Below, in pieces: positions 1 through 8,939 of a stretch of 64,000 nt of DNA. Under the pieces are notes generated by a model, which had not been told where the DNA came from, searched no databases, and worked only from the letters and a program-made list of their open reading frames with translations. Source of the stretch: an uncultured Poribacteria bacterium. GTDB lineage: Bacteria > Poribacteria > WGA-4E > WGA-3G. Position 1 is the first letter of the stretch, and every line of letters starts with the position of its first letter. The stretch covers positions 4,958,329 through 5,022,328 of the forward strand of contig OY282383.1 of NCBI GenBank assembly GCA_958295855.1, in the 5' to 3' direction. A program made the position numbers and the translations under genes.

Positions 1-629
1 ACTCTGGTTTTCAATGCCAAAGTATTTCGCGATTTTTAGAGAGTTTTTCCCTTTTCGATGTGCGCCTCCACGGGATGTAAAGCACTGAAGTTTCTGGAGA
101 AAATCAATGTGAGCAGCAGCCCCTTCAATGTCGTTCAAATTCAAGACAGTTTTCAGAAGGACAAGGCCGCTTTTATCTTTCAACTCCTCCTGCTTCTCAG
201 AAGGAATCAGGTTTTTCAGTGCTTCTTCATTGAGGGAGTCGATTAATATCTTGGAAAGGGTTAGCACCAAACCATCAAATTCTCTTTGTTCGTCAGTAGC
301 GGGAATCCTCAAGGATTGGAGGCGGTGTGCATCGGCAATACACAAGGGAAGCAACCACTGCCAACCGAGATGTGTTTGACTCGCCTTTTGCAAATCATCA
401 TAGCATTGCTTAAATATATATCCAGGCTTCATGTCGCGCCGCATATCTTGTAGTGTCCGCGCTTGTGACAATCGCTTTTTGTCGGCATTCGTATTCATGC
501 CCTCCTCCTTTCTGCCATCGCATAGCATAAGTACATTGAAGTATATCACATTTTTCTCTTGCATTGCAATCCAACTTCGTCTAAACTCATGCATCAATTC
601 AATTGCATTTCTCATGAGGAGAGAACAAC

Positions 630-1715
630 ATGGCTATCCGAGTAGGTATCGTTGGTACAGGTGGCATTTCGCGGGCGCATCAGAGTGCTTACGCGAAAGC
701 GGGTGGTTTCGAGATTGTTGCTGTCTGTGACATGATCAAAAGCAAGGCACGGCAAGCCGCCGAGGAATGGGGCGTTCCGAAAAAGAACGTTTTCTCAAGT
801 TACAACAAGATGCTTGAAATGGACGACATCGATACGGTGAGCGTGTGTACTTACAATCAAGGGCATCGTCGGCCGACGGTCGCCGCGTTGGAGGCTGGCA
901 AACACGTTTTCTGTGAAAAGCCGATGGCAGCAACCCTCCCGGATGCAGCTGCCATGGTGCGCGCAGCGAAAGCGTCTGGCAAAATCTTGCAGATTGGCAT
1001 TCACAGCACGTTTAATCCGAGACTCCAGTTTGCGAAGAAGGTAGTTGATGCAGGATTACTCGGCGACATCTACTATTCTGAATCTGTGGGATGCAGGCGG
1101 CGCGGGAATCCGGGGCACACGTTCATCTATAAGAAGACAGCGGGTGCCGGAGCAACAGTTGACATCGGGGTTTACAACATGCACAACTCCTTGTATGCAA
1201 TGGGCTATCCAAAGCCGGTGCGCGTTTCCGCAATCACGGAGGATTATATATCCCAGCAAGACCCGAGGTTTCGTGGCATCATGGATGTTGAGGAGTTCGG
1301 CGCGGCGTGGGTTCGGTTCGAAGATGGCGGCGTAATGGTGTTTAAGATCTCGTGGGCAATTCATCAAGACTCTCTCGGCAGCAGCTTCTGTCTGGGTACA
1401 AAATCTGGCATCTCAGTAGACAGTGCCGTCGTCTATGCCGATGAATACAGCGATGAACTCAAGAAGTTGGTTGAATCAGAAGGGCTCACGGCGGAACCGA
1501 ACCCCCCGGAGGGGATGACAACTATACAGTTCTCGGGATTTCCGGCGGTTGATGTTTGGGAAGCGCAGATGACTGCATTCCGGGAAGCTGTCAAATCGGA
1601 CGGCCCCTCGCCGATACCGCCGGAGGGTGTCATGCTGACGAATGTGATTATGGATGGCATTTTCCGTTCGCATAAAGCGGGGAGAGAGGTATCGGTTCAG
1701 GTGCCAGAAATCTAA
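630..1715 (+). CDS. Gfo/Idh/MocA family NAD(P)-dependent oxidoreductase
   Basis: N-terminal Rossmann motif IVGTGGISRAH and the CEKPMA (EKP) motif typical of Gfo/Idh/MocA. ATG preceded by gaggagag SD. Confidence 0.85.
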   Translation: MAIRVGIVGTGGISRAHQSAYAKAGGFEIVAVCDMIKSKARQAAEEWGVPKKNVFSSYNKMLEMDDIDTVSVCTYNQGHRRPTVAALEAGKHVFCEKPMAATLPDAAAMVRAAKASGKILQIGIHSTFNPRLQFAKKVVDAGLLGDIYYSESVGCRRRGNPGHTFIYKKTAGAGATVDIGVYNMHNSLYAMGYPKPVRVSAITEDYISQQDPRFRGIMDVEEFGAAWVRFEDGGVMVFKISWAIHQDSLGSSFCLGTKSGISVDSAVVYADEYSDELKKLVESEGLTAEPNPPEGMTTIQFSGFPAVDVWEAQMTAFREAVKSDGPSPIPPEGVMLTNVIMDGIFRSHKAGREVSVQVPEI

Positions 1716-1717
1716 GC

Positions 1718-1870
1718 GTATTTGTCATTCCTTGCGGAGAATTCAGAATGCACCTCATGTCTGAAAATGCCCTGTAAATCTCGTCAGAGGTTTCTGACGC
1801 AAGGTTCACATCAGAATCCTCTGACGAGATTTGTAACGGCTTTCAAACTACACCCGCAAGGTATGTTGGA
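1718..1870. repeat. MITE family A copy containing a 15-bp perfect inverted repeat hairpin (bidirectional terminator candidate)
   Basis: aaatctcgtcagagg ... cctctgacgagattt (about 1750-1830). tcattccttgcggagaattcagaatgca module. Lies between convergent genes. Confidence 0.8.
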
Positions 1871-2918
1871 GGTTACGGATGACATATATCCATGCCCGCT
1901 TCCCACGTACATTCACTGTCACTCGCTGCGCTATCTTGAGAGCTCTTTGTTGTTTGAGCAGGCTATCTAGGAGGGTGCGTTGCGAAGTCAGCAGAACCAT
2001 CTTGCCGCTCGGCTTGAGCACGGTTTGGTATTCGCGAAGACACTTCTGATACAGTGTCGCAAGCTGCGATGCGTTTCCAACAGTCTCGCCAAACGGTAGG
2101 TTACAGACGATTTTATCGACCGTTTTGGGTTGTAGCGGCAAATTTTGTGCATCCCAATGAAAAAATTGGCGAGGTTGGTGTTTCCTACCGAAATTCGCCA
2201 CAGTAGCGGCTAATGCCTCTGTGGAGACATCGCCGCCGATAAGGTAGCGGTAGCGGCCGGCAAATGCACGCTCCAACAGGAGAGTGCCAGCACCGCACAT
2301 CGCATCTAAAAAGACATCGTTTGGGCGCGGTTGTGAGAGTCGCACCATGCTATAGGCTAGCGTCGGTTTGAGCGATGCGGGGATGTGCGCCTGTTTGTAA
2401 GGGCGTTGCGCCATCTCTATAGGCGACAGCCTGATGCTGATATATCCGTCGTCACCATGCACCTCTGCCCAGACATCCAGTGCGGCACCTGTCCCTGTGT
2501 TATGCCAACCGCGCTCAAGCAACGCCCTCTCAACAACCCGTTGCAGATCCAACCTTCGGAAGTTGCGTTGTCCTGCCAATCGGCTTGTCACCCGAAACGT
2601 AATCCGCTTGCGCACCCTAATGCCCACCTGCCGACAGCACGCAAACGCCTCTCCGAAATTGAAGCGCGCCAATGAACGGCTCAGCGCAGTTAAAGAGCGG
2701 CGTGAGCGCGTCATCTTCGGAAGTTGTTTGATAACGAGGAACAGATGCTCCGCTGTCCGTAGTGATAACAGATCTCGCGGGTTTCCTGAATACTGAAAGA
2801 GGATGCGCTGTGGTTTTCGCCCGATAATCTTCAGGTGTCCTGTGTCCTCAAAGCGTTCGGCTAATTCCTCGCGTGCGATATTTTCTAGTCCCCCGGTTAC
2901 AATAATTGAATAAAGCAT
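1848..2918 (-). CDS. THUMP-domain class I SAM-dependent RNA methyltransferase (RlmL/Trm14-like)
   Basis: SAM motif I DAMCGAGTLLLE and motif-IV-like NLPFGE. The N-terminal ~150 aa is THUMP-like. Size 356 aa. Confidence 0.65.
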   Translation of the reverse strand: MLYSIIVTGGLENIAREELAERFEDTGHLKIIGRKPQRILFQYSGNPRDLLSLRTAEHLFLVIKQLPKMTRSRRSLTALSRSLARFNFGEAFACCRQVGIRVRKRITFRVTSRLAGQRNFRRLDLQRVVERALLERGWHNTGTGAALDVWAEVHGDDGYISIRLSPIEMAQRPYKQAHIPASLKPTLAYSMVRLSQPRPNDVFLDAMCGAGTLLLERAFAGRYRYLIGGDVSTEALAATVANFGRKHQPRQFFHWDAQNLPLQPKTVDKIVCNLPFGETVGNASQLATLYQKCLREYQTVLKPSGKMVLLTSQRTLLDSLLKQQRALKIAQRVTVNVRGKRAWIYVIRNLQHTLRV

Positions 2919-2930
2919 CTATTTTTTTTC

Positions 2931-5204
2931 CTATGGTTCGGGCCAATTCAGGTGGCGATGCAGGAAACGGAACGTGCCTTCGGCGTTAATCTGATGCCCT
3001 CCATCAAAGAATTCGATTTCCGTTCTATCGGCGATGCCTAATTGAACGTAAAGTCGCCGCACAACTGCGTATTCATGTGCCACCCATTCATCGGGAGCCA
3101 CGCCGTCGTCATGCCCGCGCTCCACCATAAACGGCCGCGGTGCGATTAGCCCCGCCATCTCCCCATAGTTGAACGTATTTCCTAAATCAAACTCTGGCAT
3201 CTCATATTCACCAGTGAACATGTAGCTATACCGCGAATCAAAGGTGGCGTTTTTGACAATCCACTCGTTGAAATCGGCTGAACAGATCGAGCAGGCATAT
3301 CGTTCAAGCAGTGCCGGCACCCGCATGGCTGTCTTCCCACCGTAGGAGAGCCCATAAAACCCAATCCGCTCCGCATCGACGAACGGTTGTTCCGCCAACC
3401 AGTCAAGCGTTCGCTCATGCTGGCGAATAATCAGCGAAAAAAGCGACCACTTAATCGGATTTGCCTTGCGTTGGAGTACGCGGAAAGCATCATAACCGAT
3501 ATACGGATTCTGCGGTGCGTAGGTAATAAATCCCCTGTCTGCCAGCTGCGCTGCGTAGGAATAGTAGACAGATTCTATCCTCGCATCGGCTGTATCCTGC
3601 GGTGTGCCCTCTAAGCCGTGTTGACAGACGACAACGGGACGTTGCTCACCCGGCTGGAGGACATTTGGGAGTAGCAAGATGCCGTAAGCGAAAACGTCCT
3701 TCCACACATCAAGCACCACTTCGTAACCTTTCCAACGGGGCTCATCATAAATGAGGCGCGTTCTTGGATTCGCAGGCACGTCGGGAGCTGGGCACCGCCC
3801 GATAACCTCATCCCAGAAGTAGGTTTTGGCATCCGCACAGAGCTCCTTCCACCGTTCAGCTGTAGGAGCCGCTCCCTGTCGCGGTCCCATCGTATTTTTC
3901 CAGAAGAACTGTTGCCTCCGTGATGCTGCTTCCCGCAGAAAGCGTTGCGTCACATTGACGAGTTGCATAAACTGCCGCTGTTGCCGTGTCTCGTAATCAA
4001 AGGTGTCATCAGTTGGTTGAGAAAGGAGATGGTACCAGTCAATATGTGCAGTTTCAACGCCGAGTTGCGTAAGAAAAGCGTTTAACGTTTCTTTATCGCC
4101 CGGCAACCTATCCGCAGGAGAGACGAGGTGCAGGGCATCTTCACTGCCGAGCTGTTGATAAAAGGAACGTGCTTGGTTAAACTCTGCCTGTACCGATTCC
4201 ATCGGCGGCGAAACCAGTTGTCCCGGTGCTGCCCCGCCGCGGCCGTCGCGCAACGGTGGAGGCCCCGCGACCTCAGGCCCTCGACTCGCTTCGATGATTA
4301 ATGGACGCGGTGCTATGAGACTCGCGATGTCAGCATCGCCAAATTCGTGCAACAGTCCCCACACATTTCGGTAAATCGGCTCCCGCCAAACCTCTTGACG
4401 CGATTGGAAATACCCACTGACAACTGTTGCCTGAATTCGGGTATCTGCTGCCGCGCTGTAGAGTGCTATCAGCCCGCCCTCGCCGTAGCCGATAACGCCA
4501 ATCGGCTCTTCGTAAGGGGACATCCAGTCCACCAGTGCCAGTACCTTCTGCACTTCATACCCGATAATGTGTCTTCCCAACTCAAACGCCATCCGGTAGA
4601 TGAATTCCCGATGTGGTTGGTTTGTCAGTGCACCGAGTGTTGGGTTGCCGGAGTAGGTATCCTCTCGGTTAATCAGGAGCGGGATAACGACGCGACACCC
4701 TGCCTTTGCTAAACGGCGTGCAAACTGAGCGTTCGGCGGCAACGCATCTGTTACCCCGGCTATCATCTCTGGTGTCCAGTCTGCATCGGGCAGCGCAACG
4801 ACTTGGGCGATAACCGGGACGTTGTGCATCGGTTCCAAGAGAAGCCCTTCGCCCTCGACATCATCAAAAACGGGCCACCGTACGCGGGATACAATGTAAT
4901 TCTCGCCCTTCGTAAAGTGCGCGGGGGTTTTTGTAGTTGCTACATAAGCGAGCTCCTCAATCGGCACGCGCGCATCAAGGCATCCTATCTGCTTCTTAAA
5001 CCTTTCTCGATTCGGTTCAACAGATTCTGCGTATGCCTTGTGGGAACTGTAATCCCGATGCCACAACGCCTCCCGTTTTTCAACCGAACTGGCTACCGCG
5101 CTCGTTACGTAGCCGTCTAAGGCTTCAACCATTTGCGCAGCGAGAGCACCTTCCAACGTCAAAGGGTTCGTTCCTTGTAATATTTGAGCAGGTTTGTTTG
5201 ACAT
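2931..5204 (-). CDS. tandem alpha/beta-hydrolase fold protein (putative esterase/peptidase)
   Basis: Two hydrolase-like halves with nucleophile elbows GYGEGG and GLSYGG. Start moved to MSNKPAQILQ (ggagg SD), because the longer ORF runs into a family-B hairpin at 5331-5347. Confidence 0.6.
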   Translation of the reverse strand: MSNKPAQILQGTNPLTLEGALAAQMVEALDGYVTSAVASSVEKREALWHRDYSSHKAYAESVEPNRERFKKQIGCLDARVPIEELAYVATTKTPAHFTKGENYIVSRVRWPVFDDVEGEGLLLEPMHNVPVIAQVVALPDADWTPEMIAGVTDALPPNAQFARRLAKAGCRVVIPLLINREDTYSGNPTLGALTNQPHREFIYRMAFELGRHIIGYEVQKVLALVDWMSPYEEPIGVIGYGEGGLIALYSAAADTRIQATVVSGYFQSRQEVWREPIYRNVWGLLHEFGDADIASLIAPRPLIIEASRGPEVAGPPPLRDGRGGAAPGQLVSPPMESVQAEFNQARSFYQQLGSEDALHLVSPADRLPGDKETLNAFLTQLGVETAHIDWYHLLSQPTDDTFDYETRQQRQFMQLVNVTQRFLREAASRRQQFFWKNTMGPRQGAAPTAERWKELCADAKTYFWDEVIGRCPAPDVPANPRTRLIYDEPRWKGYEVVLDVWKDVFAYGILLLPNVLQPGEQRPVVVCQHGLEGTPQDTADARIESVYYSYAAQLADRGFITYAPQNPYIGYDAFRVLQRKANPIKWSLFSLIIRQHERTLDWLAEQPFVDAERIGFYGLSYGGKTAMRVPALLERYACSICSADFNEWIVKNATFDSRYSYMFTGEYEMPEFDLGNTFNYGEMAGLIAPRPFMVERGHDDGVAPDEWVAHEYAVVRRLYVQLGIADRTEIEFFDGGHQINAEGTFRFLHRHLNWPEP

Positions 5205-5367
5205 AACCTCAATACCTCCACTGTGGGCGCGACCTCCGGTCGCACAGATTGTACAGGCAGCACCGCAGTGCCTGCCCGACGGAAACCAGAAAATTGGGTT
5301 TCTGCTCGGTTTTGTCCAGGTGGCATATTGCCCCTGCAAAGCAGGGGTATATACCATGGCAGACCTA

Positions 5368-5925
5368 TCTTGCCTCCCAAATTCTCCGCAAGGAACGCCG
5401 AAAAACTTGCGTCAGAAACCTCCGACGAGATTTACAGTGCATTGTTATACCTATCTTGCATTCTTAATTCTCCGCAAGGAACGACGAAAAACTTGCGTCA
5501 GAAACCTCCGACGAGATTTACAGTGCATTGTTATACCTATCTTGCATTCTTAATTCTCCGCAAGGAATGACGAAAAACTTGCGTCAGAAACCTCCGACGA
5601 GATTTACAGTGCATTGTTATACCTATCTTGCATTCTTAATTCTCCGCAAGGAACGCCGAAAAACTTGCGTCAGAAACCTCCGACGAGATTTACAGTGCAT
5701 TGTTATACCTATCTTGCATTCTTAATTCTCCGCAAGGAATGACGAAAAACTTGCGTCAGAAACCTCCGACGAGATTTACAGTGCATTGTTATACCTATCT
5801 TGCATTCTTAATTCTCCGCAAGGAATGACGAAAAACTTGCGTCAGAAACCTCCGACGAGATTTACAGTGCATTGTTATACCTATCTTGCATTCTTAATTC
5901 TCCGCAAGGAACGCCGAAAAACTAA
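5368..5925. repeat. tandem array of seven 86-bp units derived from dispersed MITE family A
   Basis: Anchor aaaaacttgc recurs at 5401, 5487, 5573, 5659, 5745 and 5831. Units differ only at 1-2 positions (aacgccg/aacgacg/aatgacg). Confidence 0.9.
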
Positions 5926-7109
5926 ATAATCCCCTCTTGGCTTAACCTTTCCACTTCATCCGGGTGCATTTTCAACACGCCGGTCAACACCTCCATCGTG
6001 TGTTCACCGAGGCTGGGGGCAGGTACGTCCACCCGACTGGGGGTTTCAGAGAGTTTAATCGGCGCACCGGGTACCTCGACCGGCCCTGTGATATTATGCA
6101 CCACCTGCGTAATCATCTCTCGCGCTTGCACCTGTGGATGGGCGACTACCCTATCCATGGCGTTGATGGGGCCGCATGGTACCCCGATTTTTCCCAATGC
6201 GTCGATCCATTCATCCGTTGTGCGTTGGCACATAACCTCCGCGAGAATAGGAAAGAGTTCGCTGTGGTTTGCTGTCCGGTCCGCGTTGGTGCTGAACCGC
6301 GCGTCCGAGATGAGCTCTTGCCGATTGACATGTTCACAGAATTTTGCCCAGAGCGTATCATTTCCGATAGCAATGATAACGTGTCCATCTGCAGAGGCGA
6401 ATGCTTCAAACGGCGTAATTGCTGGATGTCGGCTTCCGAGCGGTTGTGGCACTTCACCTGTGGCGAAATAGCGGACGACAGCATTCTCTAAAACTGCGAC
6501 GAGGCTATCTAACATGGCGACATCCACAAGCTGTCCTTTTCCCGTGTGGTGCCGGTGGTGCAGTGCTGACAAAATGCCAATTGTTGTGAAGAGTGCAGCA
6601 GTGATGTCGCTAATGGAGGTACCGACGCGCACCGGTGGCCCGTCCGGTTCACCGGTGATGCTGATAATGCCGCCCATGCCTTGGATAATCATATCGTACG
6701 CCCCCTGCTGCGCATAGGGGCCGGTCTGTCCAAATCCAGAACACGCCGCATAAATGAGCGAAGGATGTTCTGCTGTGAGCGCGTCGTAATCCAACCCCAG
6801 TTTTTTCATCGTTCCCGGGCGAAAATTTTCAACCACAACGTCGCTCTGCTTCACCAACCGCTTGAATATTGCTTGGCCACGCTCGGTTTTGAGATTGAGC
6901 GTTATGCTCCGCTTACCACGATTGACGCTCATGAAATAGAGGCTAAACCCGTTTTTGAAGGGTCCGAAATTTCGAGATTCATCCCCACCATTTGGGTGTT
7001 CAATCTTAATCACTTCGGCACCAAGGTCACTCAGCAGCATCGTCGCATAGGGGCCGGCGAGAACTCGGGTTAAATCTAAAACCTTTATTCCGTCCAGTGG
7101 GGTTGCCAT
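5922..7109 (-). CDS. CoA-transferase family III (CaiB/BaiF/formyl-CoA transferase-like)
   Basis: N-terminus GIKVLDLTRVLAGPYATMLLSDLGAEVIKIE is the family signature. Start placed at MATPLDG (aggag SD), because upstream ORF sequence is a family-B hairpin. Confidence 0.85.
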   Translation of the reverse strand: MATPLDGIKVLDLTRVLAGPYATMLLSDLGAEVIKIEHPNGGDESRNFGPFKNGFSLYFMSVNRGKRSITLNLKTERGQAIFKRLVKQSDVVVENFRPGTMKKLGLDYDALTAEHPSLIYAACSGFGQTGPYAQQGAYDMIIQGMGGIISITGEPDGPPVRVGTSISDITAALFTTIGILSALHHRHHTGKGQLVDVAMLDSLVAVLENAVVRYFATGEVPQPLGSRHPAITPFEAFASADGHVIIAIGNDTLWAKFCEHVNRQELISDARFSTNADRTANHSELFPILAEVMCQRTTDEWIDALGKIGVPCGPINAMDRVVAHPQVQAREMITQVVHNITGPVEVPGAPIKLSETPSRVDVPAPSLGEHTMEVLTGVLKMHPDEVERLSQEGII

Positions 7110-7199
7110 TTCTAACTTCTCCTGTGAGAGTGGGCGAGGTTTGTAAGGGGTATTTACCCCTGCAAGCAGGGGTAAAAGCCTGTCTCCCGATACCACTCA

Positions 7200-8102
7200 T
7201 CAAGATGCAGGGAGTTCTTCGCCAACGATGAGGCGATATGCCTCGCGATATTTCTCACCTGTTTTGGAGATGACGGTGTCAGGTAGTTCAGGTGCAGGCG
7301 GTTGTTTGTTCCATCCAATCTCGGAGAGGTAATCCCGAACGAACTGTTTGTCGAAACTCTGCTGTGGTTTGCCGGGTTCGTACAAGTCAGCGGGCCAAAA
7401 GCGCGAGGAATCCGGTGTGAAAACTTCATCAATGAGAATCAAATCACCGTTGCGTTGGCCGAATTCAAACTTGGTATCGCAGAGAATAATGCCGGCGTTT
7501 TCGGCGTGCTGACTGGCGGCGGTGAATAGCGCGAAACTGGCAGCAATCAACCGGTCGGTAAGTTCATCCCCGACCTGGGCTTGCATCTCTTCAATAGAGA
7601 TCGGTTCGTCGTGTTCCCCGTGCTCCGCTTTGGTTGTCGGGGTAAACATGAGTTCCGGCAGCCGGTCGGATTCGCGTAGCCCCGCTGGTAGTTTTTGCCC
7701 ACAGATGTCACCTGTTTTTTGATAGGATGCCCATCCGGAGCCAGCGAGGTACCCGCGAACCACACACTCAATGTCAACCCGGTCCGCTTTGTGAACGAGC
7801 ATGGAGCGGCCGTTTAATGTCTCGGCATCACCATGTAAGGTATCCGGATAGTCTGTAACTTCTGTCGTAATGAGGTGATTGTCGACGACAGATTGGGTGT
7901 AATTGAACCAAAATTTGGACAAACCGGTTAAGACTCTACCTTTGTCTGGGATGCCGTTCGGCAAAACGATGTCAAAGGCGGAAATCCGATCGGTGGAGAC
8001 GATGAGGAGTTCATCCCCGAGGTCGTAGATATCGCGTACCTTGCCGCGGTGGGCAGGGGTAAAATGCGTTAAATTTGTGGATGTAAGAACGTTTGTTGCC
8101 AT
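7200..8102 (-). CDS. purC: phosphoribosylaminoimidazole-succinocarboxamide synthase (SAICAR synthetase)
   Basis: GKVRDIYDLGDELLIVSTDRISAFD is the SAICAR-synthetase ATP-grasp signature. Aggagg SD. Confidence 0.9.
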   Translation of the reverse strand: MATNVLTSTNLTHFTPAHRGKVRDIYDLGDELLIVSTDRISAFDIVLPNGIPDKGRVLTGLSKFWFNYTQSVVDNHLITTEVTDYPDTLHGDAETLNGRSMLVHKADRVDIECVVRGYLAGSGWASYQKTGDICGQKLPAGLRESDRLPELMFTPTTKAEHGEHDEPISIEEMQAQVGDELTDRLIAASFALFTAASQHAENAGIILCDTKFEFGQRNGDLILIDEVFTPDSSRFWPADLYEPGKPQQSFDKQFVRDYLSEIGWNKQPPAPELPDTVISKTGEKYREAYRLIVGEELPAS

Positions 8103-8183
8103 CTATTCCTCCTTATGCCCCCCCTCCCGGGGGAGTGGTTTGTAACCCGGTCGCGATGCGGAGATCGCTCCTACCGTATGGTG

Positions 8184-8753
8184 CTATTCTTTCAGAAGTT
8201 TTTGGAGCACAAGCGCGCTCCCATTTGCTGAATCAATTTGGAGTGCCTTGGCAATCTCCTGTTTTGCGTCCTGTTTCTCACCCAGGTAGTAGTAACACGC
8301 TGCTTTGAGTGTATAGAGTTCGGCATTGGAGTGGTAATCGTGCCGAAAGAGGTATTGCCTGTCAGTTTGCAGTGCGTTATCAATTGCGCGGATAGCGGCG
8401 CTGAAATCGGAGGCCTCCTTGTGCCGCAGGTAGAGCACATTTGCGAGGCCAACCCACGCGTCCGCATTGGCTGCATCAAGTTGAACGGCATTTTGAAACG
8501 CTTCTTGTGCAATCGGGATGGTGAGCGATAGACTGAGGTGACTCCACCCGACACCGTTATGTGCATCGGCAAGTTCCGCGTTGAAGTTGAGTGCGCGTTC
8601 AAAACTGAGCAATGCCTGCGTGTAGTCCCCTGAGTTATAGGCATGCCATCCCTTTTGTGTGTAATTCAGGGCAGTTGGCGTATCGGTTTCCGAGTCGCTG
8701 GAACAACCGCTCAGGGTTAGCAACGCAGCGACAAGTATAAGAATAGCAAGCAT
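8184..8753 (-). CDS. TPR-repeat lipoprotein
   Basis: Signal peptide plus lipobox LTLSGCSS. Multiple TPR-like A/L/Y-rich repeats. Start moved to MLAILILVAALL, because the upstream ORF part is MITE-A sequence. Confidence 0.55.
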   Translation of the reverse strand: MLAILILVAALLTLSGCSSDSETDTPTALNYTQKGWHAYNSGDYTQALLSFERALNFNAELADAHNGVGWSHLSLSLTIPIAQEAFQNAVQLDAANADAWVGLANVLYLRHKEASDFSAAIRAIDNALQTDRQYLFRHDYHSNAELYTLKAACYYYLGEKQDAKQEIAKALQIDSANGSALVLQKLLKE

Positions 8754-8755
8754 TT

Positions 8756-8930
8756 TCGTTATTCCTTGCAGAAATGCACGTCGCTTATGGGCGAAATACG
8801 CCGCAGAATTGAGAATGCAAGATACATCTAAGAATGCACTGTAGCTCTCGTCGGAGGTTTCTGACGCAAGGTTTACATAAGAGTCCTCTGACGAGATTTG
8901 TAAGGGCTTTCGAACTACACTGGCAAGCAT
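8756..8930. repeat. MITE family A copy (composite)
   Basis: Contains ctcgtcggaggtttctgacgcaaggtt, cctctgacgagatttgtaa and gaattgagaatgcaag modules shared with 1718-1870, 12585-12690, 55236-55320 and 63005-63095. Confidence 0.8.
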
Positions 8931-8939
8931 GGTTCTCCG

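Noticed and set aside
5194-5357. N-terminal 51 codons of track ORF 2931..5357
   Set aside because: Run through a family-B hairpin and lack an SD. An internal ATG at 5204 with ggagg SD gives MSNKPAQ… and is preferred.
5368-5925. 86-bp tandem array as a CRISPR-like or satellite coding repeat
   Set aside because: Units are near-identical including the would-be spacer part. The short ORFs across it (5194..5725 series) are repeat artefacts with identical translated tails.
5964-7073. ORFs 5964..6491, 5998..6471 and 6681..7073 (+)
   Set aside because: Antisense shadow ORFs fully inside the well-supported CoA-transferase gene. No motifs.
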